Shown here piece after piece: positions 37,136 through 51,232 of a stretch of DNA of 64,000 nucleotides. Numbering within the stretch: position 1 is the first letter of the stretch; the number at the start of each line of letters is the position of its first letter. The notes under the pieces were generated by a model. The model worked only from the letters and a program-made list of their open reading frames with translations. It searched no databases and was not told the DNA's origin. The position numbers and the translations under genes are program-made. This DNA is from Eledone cirrhosa (Eukaryota): contig OZ024752.1 in NCBI GenBank assembly GCA_964016885.1, positions 31,930,001 to 31,994,000 of the forward strand, in the 5' to 3' direction.

Positions 37136-37166
<31 letters not shown>

Positions 37167-37296
37167 CCGAGAGGAGGAGGGGGAGGAGAAGGAGAAGAAG
37201 AAGAAGAAGAAGAAAAAGAAGAAAAAGAAGAAAAAGAAGAATGAGGACGAGGAGAGTTTCTGGTTTTCTGGTTTAGTTACAATATTAAGAGAGAGA

Positions 37297-37487
37297 GGGC
37301 GGTGGATTGGCAGTATCGGTAGAGTGTCGGACGCCATGCTTTCCAGCATAGTTACGTCCCTTTACGATCTGAGTTCAAATCCCGCCGAGGTTGACTTTGC
37401 CTTTCATCCTTACGGGGTCGATAAAATAAAGTACCAGTAATGCACTGGGTAATTGCTGGCCTTGTGCCTAAAGTAGAAACAATATTA
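37297..37487 (+). mobile_element. tRNA-derived SINE
   Basis: TGGCAGTATCGGTAG A-box-like, GAGTTCAAATCC B-box, GCCTTTCATCCTTACGGGGTCGATAAAATAAAGTACCAG; further copies at 40036-40372 (-, two), 40721-40903, 61430-61530 and 62058-62240. Confidence 0.85.
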
Positions 37488-37572
37488 ACAGAGAGAAAGA
37501 GAGAGAGAGAGAGGCAGGCAGACAGACAAACATCCAGAGTGGGAGAGAGGACAGACAGACAGACAAAGATCC

Positions 37573-37609
<37 letters not shown>

Positions 37610-37752
37610 CAGGCAGACAGAAAACATCCAGAGTGGGAGACAGAGAGACAGACAAACAAAGATCCAGAGAGAGAGAGAGAGAGAGAGGTAGGCAGGCAGA
37701 CAGACAAACATCCAGAGTGGGAGACAGAGAGACAGACAAACAAAGATACAGG

Positions 37753-37786
<34 letters not shown>

Positions 37787-37945
37787 CAGGCAGACAGACA
37801 AACATCTAGAGTGGGAGACAGAGACAAGCAGACAGACAGACAGACAAACAAAGATCCAGAGAGAAAGAGAGAGAGGCAGACAGACAGACAAACATCCAGA
37901 GTGGGAGACAGAGACAAGCAGACAGACAGACAGACAAACAAAGAT

Positions 37946-37978
<33 letters not shown>

Positions 37979-38031
37979 AACATCCAGAGTGGGAGACAGA
38001 GACAAGCAGACAGACAGACAAACAAAGATCC

Positions 38032-38062
<31 letters not shown>

Positions 38063-38695
38063 CAGACAGACATCCAGAGTGGGAGACAGAGACAAGCAGA
38101 CAGACAGACAAAGACCCAGAGAGAGAGAGAGAGAGAGGCAGACAGACAGACATCCAGAGTGGGAGACAGAGACAAGCAGACAGACAGACAAACAAAGACC
38201 CAGAGAGAGAGAGAGAGAGAGAGAGAGGCAGACATCCAGAGTGGGAGACAGAGACAAGCAGACAGACAGACAGACAAACAAAGACCCAGAGAGAGAGAGA
38301 GAGAGAGGCAGACAGACAGACATCCAGAGTGGGAGACAGAGACAAGCAGACAGACAGACAAACAAAGATCCAGAGAGAGAGAGAGAGAGAGAGAGAGGCA
38401 GACATCCAGAGTGGGAGACAGAGACAAGCAGACAGACAGACAAACAAAGACCCAGAGAGAGAGAGAGAGAGAGAGAGGCAGACAGACAAACATCCAGAGT
38501 GGGAGACAGAGACAAGCAGACAGACAGACAAACAAAGATCCAGAGAGAGAGAGAGGCAGTCATCCAGAGTGGGAGACAGAGACAAGCAGACAGACAGACA
38601 AACAAAGACCCAGAGAGAGAGAGAGAGAGAGAGAGAGGCAGACAGACATCCAGAGTGGGAGACAGGGACAAGCAGACAGACAGGCAAACAAAGAT

Positions 38696-38728
<33 letters not shown>

Positions 38729-38961
38729 CAGACAGACATCCATCCAGAGTGGGAGACAGAGACAAGCAGACAGACAGACAAACAAAGATCCAGAGAGAGA
38801 GAGGGAGAGAGAGGCAGACAGACATCCATCCAGAGTGGGAGACAGAGACAAGCAGACAGACAGACAAACAAAGATCCAGAGAGAGAGAGAGAGAGGCAGA
38901 CAGACCGACATCCAGAGTGGGAGACAGAGACAAGCAGACAGACAGACAGACAAACAAAGAT

Positions 38962-38998
<37 letters not shown>

Positions 38999-39209
38999 CA
39001 GACATCCAGAGTGGGAGACAGAGACAAGCAGACAGACAGACAAACAAAGACCCAGAGAGAGAGAGAGAGAGAGGCAGACAGACAAACATCCAGAGTGGGA
39101 GACAGAGACAAGCAGACAGACAGACAAACAAAGATCCAGAGAGAGAGAGAGAGAGGCAGACATCCAGAGTGGGAGACAGAGACAAGCAGACAGACAGACA
39201 AACAAAGAC

Positions 39210-39248
<39 letters not shown>

Positions 39249-39305
39249 CAGACAGACATCCAGAGTGGGAGACAGAGACAAGCAGACAGACAGACAAACA
39301 AAGAT

Positions 39306-39344
<39 letters not shown>

Positions 39345-39406
39345 CAGACAGACATCCATCCAGAGTGGGAGACAGAGACAAGCAGACAGACAGACAAACA
39401 AAGATC

Positions 39407-39437
<31 letters not shown>

Positions 39438-39585
39438 GCAGACAGACATCCATCCAGAGTGGGAGACAGAGACAAGCAGACAGACAGACAAACAAAGATC
39501 CAGAGAGAGAGAGAGAGAGGCAGACAGACAGACATCCAGAGTGGGAGACAGAGACAAGCAGACAGACAGACAGACAAACAAAGAT

Positions 39586-39624
<39 letters not shown>

Positions 39625-39745
39625 CAGACAGACAAACATCCAGAGTGGGAGAGAGAGACAAGCAGACAGACAGACAGACAAACAAAGATCCAGAGAGAGA
39701 GAGAGAGAGAGAGAGAGGCAGACAGGCAGACAAACATACCTAGAG
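37488..39745. repeat. Minisatellite, unit about 60-70 bp: CATCCAGAGTGGGAGACAGAGACAAG(CAGA)nCAAACAAAGATCCA(GA)nGG
   Basis: Roughly 35 tandem units varying only in internal microsatellite lengths. Confidence 0.95.
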
Positions 39746-39992
39746 AGAAAGACAGAAGAACGAAGAACGAGGAACGTAAAACTAACGAATAAAGATGAGA
39801 ATGAATTCCAACAGATGTAGAAATAGAATAAAGTAATTTCCAAAGTAGTGACATAGAGAACAAACAAACGGAGAAGATGAACTTTTACTTTCATCTTTCA
39901 AGGTTGATGTGATTCTCTACTGTTTTGATAGAAAGCAGGATAAAACTGGCTTTGGTTCTATGCCAGGAAAAGCACACATGTTAAAGGCTTAT

Positions 39993-42900
39993 ATATTTAT
40001 AGACGCAGGGACTTGGCAAGCGTCGTTAGAATGTAGAAATAATTGTTTCTATTTTAGGCACAAGGCCAGCAAATACCCAGTGCATTACTGGTACTTTATT
40101 TTATCGACCCGTAAGGATGAAAGGCAAAGTAACCTCGACGGGATTTGAACTCAAACCGTAAAGGGGACGTAACTATGCTGGAAAGCATGGCGTCCGACCC
40201 TCTACTGATACTGCCATGTTAGAAATAATTATTTCTACTTTAGGCATAAGGCCAGCAATTACCCAGTGCATTACTGGTACTTTATTTTATCGACCCCGTA
40301 AGCATGAAAGGCAAAGTCAACCTCGGCGGGATTTGAACTCAGATCGTAAAGGGACGTAACTATGCTGGAAAATGATTTGCAGTATTCCTTGTGGCTCTCT
40401 GCTCTCTCAGTTAAAACCCCACCGATGTCAACTTTGCCTTCATTTTTTCGAGGTGGATAAAAAAAAAATACAATACCAGTCCACTACTGGGGGTGGGTTC
40501 TTTCTCTCTCTCTCTCTCCTTTTCTGTAAGAAATCTACTGTATTCAGGCCCGGGGAGGAGATGGATTACGCCAGATTTTAAAAAAATGACCCAGAAACGC
40601 CGTATATCAATATGGCGTCTCTACGACTCCTCAGAATTTATGGGCCCATACCATACCATATTTATAGACGCAGGGACTTGGCAGCGTCGTTAGAATGTTA
40701 GAGAGAATGATTTGTGGTGTTGGATTGGCAGTATCGGTAGAGAGTCGGACGCCATGCTTTCCAGCATAGTTACGTCCCTTTACGGACTGAGTTCAAATCC
40801 TGCCGAGGTTGACTTTGCCTTTCATCCTTTCGGGGTCGATAAAATAAAGTACCAGTAATGTACTGGGTAATTGTTGGCCTTGTGTCAAAAGTAGAAACAA
40901 TTAATTGCGTGTCTCTGCTTTCTCAGTTAAAACTCCACCGATGTCAACTTTGCCTTCATTCTTTCAAGGTCGATATAAAATACAATACCAGTCCACTACT
41001 GATGGGGGGTTCTCTCTCTCTCTCTCTGTCTATCTATCTATCTCTATCTATCTATCTTTCTCTGGAAGAAATCTGCTGTATTCAGGCCTGGAGTGGAGAT
41101 GGGCTGGGCTCCGCCAGGTTTAAAAAGTGCCCTAGAAAAACCGTATGTAAATATGGCGCCTCTACGACTTCTCAGGAGTTACGGGACCATACCATACCAT
41201 ACCATACTATATCAATATCATGCCTTACCATACTATACCATACCATATTATACCATACCATACCATACTATACCAAGCCATACCATACTATGCCACACCA
41301 TACCATATTATACCATGCCATACCATACTATACCATGCCATACCATACTATACCACGTCATGCCATACCACACCATGCCACACCATACCATGCATTACCA
41401 TACTACGCCATACCATGCCATGTCATACCATACCTTGCCATACCATGCCACACCATACCATACCTTACCATACCATGCCGTGCCATACCATACCATGCCA
41501 TACCATGCCGTGCCATACCATACCATGCCATACCATGCCATGCAATACCATACCATGCCATACCATGCCATACCATACCATACAATTCCATGCCATACCA
41601 TACCATGTCATACCATACCATGCCATACCATGCCATGCCATACCATACCATGCCATACCATGCCATACCATGCCATACCATGCCATACCATACAATTCCA
41701 TGCCATACCATGTCATACCATACCATGCCATACCCTACCATACCATGTCATACCATGCCATACCATACCATGCCATACCATGCCATACCATACCATACAA
41801 TTCCATGCCATACCATACCATGTCATACCATACCATGCCCTACCATACCATGTCATACCATGCCATACCATACCATGCCAAGCCATGCCATGCCATACCA
41901 TGCCATACCATGTCATACCATACCATGTCATGCCATACCATACCATGCCATACCATGCTATACCATACCATATCATATACCATACCATACCATACCATGT
42001 CATACCATACCATGTTATACCATACCATACCATACCATACCATACCATACCATGCCATGTTATACCATGCCATACCATGCTATACCATACCATATCATAT
42101 ACCATACCATACCATGTCATATCATACCATGCCATACCATGTTATACCATACCATGCCATACCATACCATACCATGCCATACCATGCTATACCATGCCAT
42201 ACCATGCTATACCATGCCATATCATATACCATACCATACCATGTCATACCATACCATGCCATACCATGTTATACCATACCATGCCATTCCATGCCCTACC
42301 ATACCATGCCATACCATACCATGTCATACCATGTCATACCATACCATTCCATGCCCTACCATACCATGCCCTACCATGTTATACCATACCATACCATGTC
42401 ATACCATGTCATACCATACCATACCATACCATGCCATACCATCCCATACCATACCATACCATGTCATACCATACCATACCATGACATACCATGTTATACC
42501 ATACCATACCATACCATGTCATACCATGCCATACCATCCCATACCATGCCATACCATGTTATACCATACCATACCATGCCATACCATGCCATGCCATACC
42601 ATGCCATACCATCCCATACCATGCCATACCATGTTATACCATACCATACCATACCATACCATACCATGCCATACCATACCATGCCATACCATGTCATACC
42701 ATACCATGCCATACCATGTCATACCATACCATGTCATACCATATTTATAGACGCAGGGAATTGGCAGCGTCGTTAAAATGTCAGAGAGAATGCTTTGTGG
42801 TATTAATTGCGTCTCTCTGCTCTTTAAGTTGACACCCCACCGAGGTCAACTTTGCCTTTCGAGGTCGACATAAAAAAAGTACCAGTCGAGTACTGGGGTG

Positions 42901-43056
42901 GATTCTTTCTCTATATCTCTTTCTCACATCCTCTCTCTCACACGTTCTATCCTTCAGTGGAAGATATCGGCTGTATTCAGGCCTGGTGAGCGATGGTCTC
43001 CGTCAGGCTTAAAATGCTCAAGAAACGCAAAGGAGTTTACGGGCCATAACATAACA
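39993..43056 (+). repeat. Three-unit SINE-derived tandem block with nested insertions
   Basis: ATATTTATAGACGCAGGGA(C/A)TTGGCA at about 39993, 40658 and 42741; a related unit at 61620-61945. Confidence 0.75.
41187..42741. repeat. (CCATA/CCATG)n pentanucleotide satellite
   Basis: Direct reading; produces spurious HTIPY ORFs. Confidence 0.96.
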
Positions 43057-43254
43057 TTTAAATTTAAAACTGCCAACATAATTTTGTATAAAAGCATTTT
43101 GTTTAAGTATGATGATGATGAATTTGTGATTGTTTCTGCTGCTACCCATTAAAGCTGAAGGGAGGAATTCACCCACAGAGGTATTCCCGGCTCGAAATGT
43201 TTTGTTCTCTTCTCTTTTTGATTAAATGTATACTTGCTAATCGATTTCATACAT

Positions 43255-43770
43255 ACTGAAAGTGTAGTAGCCAGAGTTAGAACAGGATGGAAAAAATTCA
43301 GAGAGCTAATACCGCTGTTGGCCACAAGGGGTTTTTCTCTAAAAATGAAAGGCAGATTGTATGATGCATGTATACGAACGGCGATATTACATGGCAGCAT
43401 TGTGTGCTGAAGGCCTGCGTAGATTAGAAAGAAATGAAGCTTGCATGCTCTGATGGATTTATAATAGTAATGTGCGCGAAAAGTAAAGCATAAACGAATT
43501 GAGAGAGAGAGACTAAGCATAAGAGGTATTAAATGTTATGTTCTGGAGAGGAGATTGTGTTGGTGTGGACATGTGATGCATATGAAGGACGACAGCTGTA
43601 TAAAAAAGTGCAGGGCAACGAAAATTGATGGAAGCTGCGGAGTGGGTAGAGCAAGAAAAACCTGGGACGAGGTGATAAAAACCGACCTTGCACACTTACA
43701 CCTCTCTAAGACAATGACACTGGATCGAGACCTTTTTGGCGCCACGCAGTTGTACAAAAGATTCCGACTA
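43255..43770 (+). pseudogene. RTE-clade LINE 3' ORF remnant
   Basis: SVVARVRTGWKKFRELIPLL...KGRLYDACIRTAILHGS and RLCWCGHVMHM...GVGRARKTWDEVIKTDL, with frameshifts and stops. Confidence 0.85.
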
Positions 43771-43899
43771 CCACTAGGTACCTATTAACTCAATGTACAC
43801 TACACCGCCACACCCTACCCCACCCTCTCCCGTTCCGTCCACTGTGTCGATGACACAACAGTCCACACTGTAAGGTGGTCGTGTAGGGGACACGTAAAA

Positions 43900-44086
43900 A
43901 GGCTCCCAGTCCACACTGTAAATATGGTTGGTGTGAGGAAGGGCATCCAGCTGTAAAAAAATAACCTGCCAGAGACGCTTCCGTGCGAGCGATATATGGT
44001 CTGCCGACCATTCCCGCATGAAATGGAACAAAACCGTCTAACCCATGCTAGCGTGGAAGATGGACGTTAAACGATGATGATGATGA
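43900..44086 (+). mobile_element. 3' part of a SINE/RTE-type element ending in (GAT)n
   Basis: GGTTGGTGTGAGGAAGGGCATCCAGCTGTA...CCCATGCTAGCGTGGAAGATGGACGTTAAACGATGATGATGATGA. Confidence 0.65.
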
Positions 44087-44359
44087 CACGGAGACAAACG
44101 CATCCACTCACATACTACAGTTAAAACGAGCTGATAATACAACCATATAAAAGCAAAGAACATTTAAAAGCTTAATGTGATTTTATAGTCCACAAGATAA
44201 GTAAGAGACAGCTCAGAGTTTAATCCAATCACAAAGCATATACATATATACAAAGAAAAATATCTGTGTGCGTGGTATGTGGTGTGGTGTGTGTGTAGTG
44301 TGGTGTGTGTAGTGTGGTGTGTGTGTGTGGTGTGTGTAGTGGTGTGTGTGTGGTGTGTG

Positions 44360-44484
44360 CCCCGGGTTCAATCGGGGGTAACCACAGTAAGTAAGGTACT
44401 CAATACATAGAGTATACATATTTAATCTAGAAATGGCTTTCATGGTGATTTCCTTCTAATGAAACAGTTCTAGTCCTGTAGAAG

Positions 44485-44487
<3 letters not shown>
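44360..44487. mobile_element. Family C copy: inverted tail joined to a decayed HHR
   Basis: 44360-44440 is inverted to 59953-60035; 44441-44487 matches 59913-59957 directly. Confidence 0.75.
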
Positions 44488-44523
<36 letters not shown>

Positions 44524-44603
44524 GTAAACATGAATAACAACACAATCGGTACAGTATATGGAAGGAATATATTAGGTTAACTCTTGAAATACGAGGAAGA
44601 GAG

Positions 44604-44639
44604 TCTTAACGTTTCGGACGCTAGTCCTTCACCAGAAGA
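44604..44639 (-). ncRNA. Minimal hammerhead, one core mismatch
   Basis: TCTT-CTGGTGA-A-GGAC-TAGC-GTCC-GAAA-CG-TT-AAGA. Confidence 0.65.
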
Positions 44640-45681
44640 AAGAATGACAAATAAGGTATATATATTTATATACATAACAGATTGGAGAACCTTGCTCTTT
44701 GGTAATAAGTATGGAAGACAATATCACAAAAAGGAATGGACAGGGAAATTACAAGTGTCTTTCAACAAAAAGACAAAGATAAATAAATAAAGATATTAAG
44801 ACTAGAAATAACTAAATCACATACCTGTAACTGAATTAAGACAAAATTATTGGTAAATGTGAAATAGGTTAACGTTGGATAGATGGACATTTATTTAATA
44901 TAGTGGACAAAGCTAACGATATTAGATACATGTCTAAGACATGAAATGATATAATATAGGGGAAAGAATAATAAAAGGAAGAGAGGGAAAGAGGAAGAGA
45001 CTGGGAGGGAGATGGAGAGAGAACAAAGAAGAAATACATTGAAAAAAAGAATTAAGGTCAGACATGTAAAACTACTATATCAACATACATATGCACACCA
45101 TACAGCCATTGTCAAATGGAATTATTGTGTAAATCTCCTTCAACCACTCCCTTCTATAAAACAGCTTGATTTTTTAACCTTGACAGAATTATAGTGAACA
45201 TAAAAATCAAAAGAAAAATCAGTATCACAGTGTCAACATACTCAAGCATTCTCGGAACACTCAACTTAAGACATTCATCTTTCAATCTCCCAATATCGAT
45301 TAAAACGTTAACTCTAAACTACGAGCAAAATTCACGCCAAGGATGCATAATAGCTTTAGAGATAAAAAGATAGAAAACAAAAAAAGGAAAACGCCATGGA
45401 GCTCATTAAAACTACCATTGGCAACAACAAATATATTGCATGCTATTCTCTTCCTTAAGAAGCAAGACAAAACGCAATACAGGAAATTATCTTTTATGTA
45501 GCAAAGTATATATGGTGTAGTATATACAACAACACATACAGAATTATTGATTTTTAGGTTTGCCAACAATATTAACGATGAAAGCTATCCAGCGGTGCAA
45601 TAGTGTTAAATTATATCACCAGGACCTAACTGTACCTAAACAATATCTAGAGCCACGTAAGTAAGAGATGACAAGGAAATT

Positions 45682-45753
<72 letters not shown>

Positions 45754-45754
<1 letters not shown>

Positions 45755-45937
45755 GTTTTAATATAGATGAGATTCTACAGGACTAGAACAGTTTCATTCT
45801 TTAGAAATCATGATGATTTCTAAAGAATGAAACAGTTCTAGTCCTGTAGAATCTCATCTATATTAAAACTTTTATACTCTGCTATGTATTGAGTACCTTA
45901 CTTACTGAGGTTACCTCCGATTCAACCCGGAATAACG
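45754..45937 (+). mobile_element. Family C fold-back: 117 bp palindrome plus tail
   Basis: Palindrome 45754-45870 with its apex in the (C)TGATGA box; tail 45871-45937. Confidence 0.85.
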
Positions 45938-45969
<32 letters not shown>

Positions 45970-46066
45970 GTATGTTTTGAAACAGCAAGCAAGTTTGAAA
46001 TTAGAAAATAGAATAGCTTTCACCGTATTTTTGACTAAAATACGGTGAAAATATATATATATTGAG

Positions 46067-46284
46067 TGAAGGCGTGTGGCTGAGTGGTTAGAGTATTGGA
46101 TTCACAATCGTGAGGTTGTGAGTTCGATTCCTGAACCAGGCGATGCGTTATGTCCTTGAGCAAGACATTTTATTTCACGTTGCTCCTTCTACCTGGAGTT
46201 GCGACCGATAGATAGTATTAGCAATTGGAAAGACCAACGGAAACATAGTTTCCTCGGTCCGATTTGACTATAAGTCGATCGACT

Positions 46285-46288
<4 letters not shown>
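46067..46288 (+). mobile_element. tRNA-derived CORE-type SINE, near full length (another copy at 51630-51824)
   Basis: A-box TGGCTGAGTGG, B-box GAGTTCGATTCC, TGTCCTTGAGCAAGACA core. Confidence 0.85.
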
Positions 46289-46305
<17 letters not shown>

Positions 46306-46320
<15 letters not shown>

Positions 46321-46432
46321 ATTCACAAGAATCAAAGCTATGTTCAAAGCATTTATTCACTTACAATTGTTTCATCCAAACCAAATGCTTTGAACATAGC
46401 TTTGATTCTTGTGAATTCTCTCTCTCTCTCTA
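46306..46432. mobile_element. Small fold-back with half-hammerhead
   Basis: Inverted arms GAGAATTCACAAGAATCAAAGCTATGTTCAAAGCATTT; minus-strand GAAA-CAATTG-TA in the loop. Confidence 0.6.
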
Positions 46433-46603
46433 TATATATATATATAACTGTTCTGTAGAACAACTGTTGTTATTACATTGAGCTACTTATCTTACTGGTA
46501 ATAAGGTAGTAATAAATTACTGACCTTCACTGTTTAGGGTTTAAAATATACATAACGATAAAAAGTTTAAAATATACATAACCAAAAATAGTATCCTTAA
46601 TAT

Positions 46604-46644
<41 letters not shown>

Positions 46645-46645
<1 letters not shown>

Positions 46646-47025
46646 ACACTGGATGGCAATATCCGTAGTGGTAGAGCACTCAGTCTATGGGACGAGTTAG
46701 GTAGAAGTGGTAACACAACAGTTAGTTCACCATGCCGAGAACAATTGTTTCACCTTAGCGGATCTTCAGCTCGTACTGGTTGGTCATGGCTATACGGAAC
46801 AGGAAGAAAAACCGTATGAACGCGCATGCGCAGAAACGGTCACTTCACACCTGTCGCCCGTGGCTTTGTATCGCTTGGGTGAAGTGACCATTTCTGCGCA
46901 TGCCCGTTCATACGGTTGTTCTTCCTGTTCCGTATAGCTATGACCAACCAGTACGAGCTGAAAATCCGCTAAGGTGAAACAATTGTTCTCGGTATGGTGA
47001 ACCAACTGTTGTGTTACCACTTCTA
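46645..47025 (-). mobile_element. Fold-back mini-element, family D, with two HHRs and tail
   Basis: Arms 46702-46848 and about 46879-47025; tail 46645-46701. Confidence 0.85.
46736..46773 (-). ncRNA. Minimal hammerhead ribozyme, intact core
   Basis: CGAG-CTGAAGA-TCC-GCTAA-GGT-GAAA-CAATTG-TT-CTCG; mirror copy 46954-46991 has CTGAAAA. Confidence 0.75.
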
Positions 47026-47084
47026 TATATATATATATATATATATGTTTATGGATATATATATATATATTTATATATATATAT

Positions 47085-47402
47085 GTAGGAGGTGAGTTTT
47101 ATTGTAGTACAATAAAGCAATGCAGATATCGGATAAGAAGCACTCTACAGTTTGTGGGACTGGAGTACACATAATATATAAGAACAAAAGATGGTTAAAG
47201 GAGTTCCATGTATTTTATTATGCGCATTTCAAAAACAAATATCATCATGCAATAATATTTGTGTTTTCATCAGATAATTTAGCCTTCATATCATGTCCTC
47301 CTGTTTTATCTGATGAAAACACAAATATTATTGCATGATGATATTTGTATTTGAAATGCGCATAATAAAATACATGGAACTCCTTTAACCATCTTTTGTT
47401 CT

Positions 47403-47410
<8 letters not shown>
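47085..47410. mobile_element. Family A mini fold-back with HHRs at 47212-47277 (-) and 47303-47371 (+)
   Basis: Same pLTR and tail as 2580-3870 but lacking the interior. Confidence 0.88.
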
Positions 47411-47482
<72 letters not shown>

Positions 47483-47696
47483 AGGGAGTGTAACATGGGG
47501 TTACTGTAGGTTCACTCGGGTTAGTACTCGATGTTTGGGTTCACCTCTGTATCGAGGTGTAGAGCAAGACAGAGTGAAACGTAATGAGGGAGTAAACACT
47601 CCTCCTCGTTTTATTTTATATTATTTTATGTGTGTGTGTATATATGTATATAGATATGTGTATATATGTATATAGATATCTGTATATACATGTGTG

Positions 47697-47766
47697 TGTG
47701 AGTAGCGAACTAAAATATACTAATTTACAGGAGCGCACTCGGGATTATTGAGCGAGGTAATTTTTT
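47697..47766 (-). repeat. Tail-like dispersed repeat; inverted copy at 57541-57606
   Basis: CTCGCTCAATAA(T/C)CCCGAGTGC(G/T)CTCCT(G/A)TAAATTAGTATATTTTAGTTCGCT. Confidence 0.7.
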
Positions 47767-48482
47767 TTAATGAATGGTTTAGCAAATGGAGACAGACACA
47801 CACATACATATATATACATACACACACACATACATATATATTATATATATACACACACATATACATACACACACACACATATATATACATATGTATATAC
47901 ACACACACCCATATATATATATACATATATATACATATATACATATATATATATACACATATATATATACATATATATATACATATATACACACATATAT
48001 ATATACATATATATATACATATATACACATATATATACATATATACACATATATAGACATATATATACACATGTATATATACATATATACATATACATAT
48101 ATATATACATATATACCTACACATATATACATATATATATACACATATATACACACATATATACACACATATATACACATATATACACACACATATACAC
48201 ATATTTACACATATATACACATATATATATACATATATATATACATATATATATATACATATATATATATACACATATATATACATATATATATATACAT
48301 ATATATATATACACATATATATACATATATATATATATACATATACATATATATATACATATATATATACATATATATATACATATATATATACATATAC
48401 ATATATATACATATATATATACATATATATATACATATATATATACATATACATATATATATACATATATATATACATATAC

Positions 48483-48528
<46 letters not shown>

Positions 48529-48572
48529 ATACATATATATATATATATACATATACAGATATATACATATAC

Positions 48573-48603
<31 letters not shown>

Positions 48604-49108
48604 CATATACAGATATATACATATACAGATATATATATATATATACATATACAGATATATATATATATATACATGTACAGATATATATATATACATATAC
48701 AGATATATATATATATACATATATACATACATATATATAGAGATACATATACATATATATAGATACATATACATATATATACATATACAGATATATATAC
48801 ATATACAGATATATATATATATACATATACAGATATATATATATACAGATATATATATATACAGATATATATATACATATATAGATATATATATACATAT
48901 ATAGATATATATATACATATATATACATACATACATATATATACATACATACATACATATATATACATACATACATACATATATATACTTACATATATAT
49001 AGATACATATATATATATATATAGATACATATATATATATATAGATACATATATATATATACATATATATATATACATATATATATATACATATGTATAT
49101 ATACATAT

Positions 49109-49530
49109 ATCGCTATAGAATTGTAATACGTGACGTATTCTATTCTATAGCGATTGGGTCTTCAAAATGTTTATTATAAACATACAGAATATTTTCGAAT
49201 ATTCTGTGTTTGTCTTCACATATATATCGCTATTTCAGAGCATTAAATCCAAATTCTAATTTCTGCCGGACCGGCTACCGCTCTTTCAAACCAGTTCCTG
49301 TACACAGCTAAGTATTCTATAAGTCTCTAGCTGTGTCGTTCTCGATAAAAGCATTGGATATGTAATCCTGATGATTTCTAACAAGAATGAAACGCGTAGA
49401 TTACTTCCCTTGCTTTTATCGAGAATCTCAAATTGTAATACGTGACGTATTCTATTCTATAGCGATTGGGTCTTCAAAATGTTTATTATAAACATACAGA
49501 ATATTTTCGAATATTCTGTGTTTGTCTTCA
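49109..49530 (+). mobile_element. Retrozyme-like element, 312 nt unit with about 100 nt terminal direct repeat
   Basis: 49119-49218 repeats at 49431-49530; 13 bp inverted stub ATCGCTATAGAAT at the 5' end; intact HHR; no ORF. Confidence 0.85.
49339..49425 (+). ncRNA. Type I hammerhead ribozyme with extended stem I
   Basis: Core 49362-49404: GTAATC-CTGATGA-TTTCT-AACA-AGAAT-GAAA-CGCG-TA-GATTAC; outer 15 bp helix TTCTCGATAAAAGCA/TGCTTTTATCGAGAA. Confidence 0.9.
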
Positions 49531-50263
49531 TATATATATATATATACATATATATATACATATACATATACATATACATATATATATACATATATATATA
49601 CATATATATATACATATATATATACATATATATATACATATATACATACATATACATATATATATACATATATATACATATATATGTATACATATATATA
49701 TATATATACATATATATACATATATACATATATATACATATATATACATATATATGTATACATATATATACATATATATGTATACATATATATACATATA
49801 TATGTATACATATATATACATATATATATATATACATATATATACATATATATATATATACATATATATACATATATATATATATACATATATATACATA
49901 TATATACATACATATGTATACATATATATACATATATATGTATACATATATATACATATATATATATATACATATATATACATATACATATATATACATA
50001 TATATACATACATATATATATATATACATACATATATATACACATACATATATATACACATACATATATATACATATATATACATATATATATATACATA
50101 TATATATACATATATATACACATATATATACACATATATATACACATATATATACATCTATATACTTATATATACAGATATATATACATATATATATATA
50201 TACATATACATATATATACATATATATATATATACATATATATATATACATATATACATATAC

Positions 50264-50326
<63 letters not shown>

Positions 50327-50369
50327 TATACATATATATACATAGATATATATACATAGATATATATAC

Positions 50370-50432
<63 letters not shown>

Positions 50433-50443
50433 CATATATATAC

Positions 50444-50496
<53 letters not shown>

Positions 50497-50870
50497 CATA
50501 CATATATATATACATACATATATATATATACATACATATATATATATACATATATATATATATACATACATATATATATATACATACATATATATATATA
50601 CATATATATATATATACATACATATATATATACATACATATATATATATACATATATATATATACATATATATATATATACATACATATATATATATATA
50701 CATACATATATATATATACATACATACATATATATATACATATATATATATATATACATACATACATATATATATACATACATACATATATATATACATA
50801 TATATATATATATACATACATATATATATATATACATACATATATATATATACATACATATATATACATA

Positions 50871-50902
<32 letters not shown>

Positions 50903-51197
50903 CATATATATATACGTACATATATATATATACATACATACATATATATACATACATACATATATATACATACATACATATATATATACATACATATATA
51001 TATACATACATATATATATATACATACATACATATATATACATACATACATATATATACATACATACATATATATACATACATACATATATATACACATA
51101 CATATATATATATACATACATACATACACATACATATATATATATACATACATACATATACATACATACATATACATACATATATATACATACATAC

Positions 51198-51232
<35 letters not shown>

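Noticed and set aside
37352-39894. 400-800 aa RE/QTD-rich and SL/VC-rich ORFs; CRISPR-like periodicity
   Set aside because: Minisatellite with no unique spacers, no cas genes and a eukaryotic context
40858-42832. His/Cys/Pro/Tyr-rich 630 aa ORF resembling a metal-binding protein
   Set aside because: Pentanucleotide satellite, giving similar peptides in all frames
46067-46145. Functional tRNA genes at SINE heads (also 24596, 37297, 8958)
   Set aside because: A/B boxes present, but the cloverleaf is incomplete and runs into a SINE body
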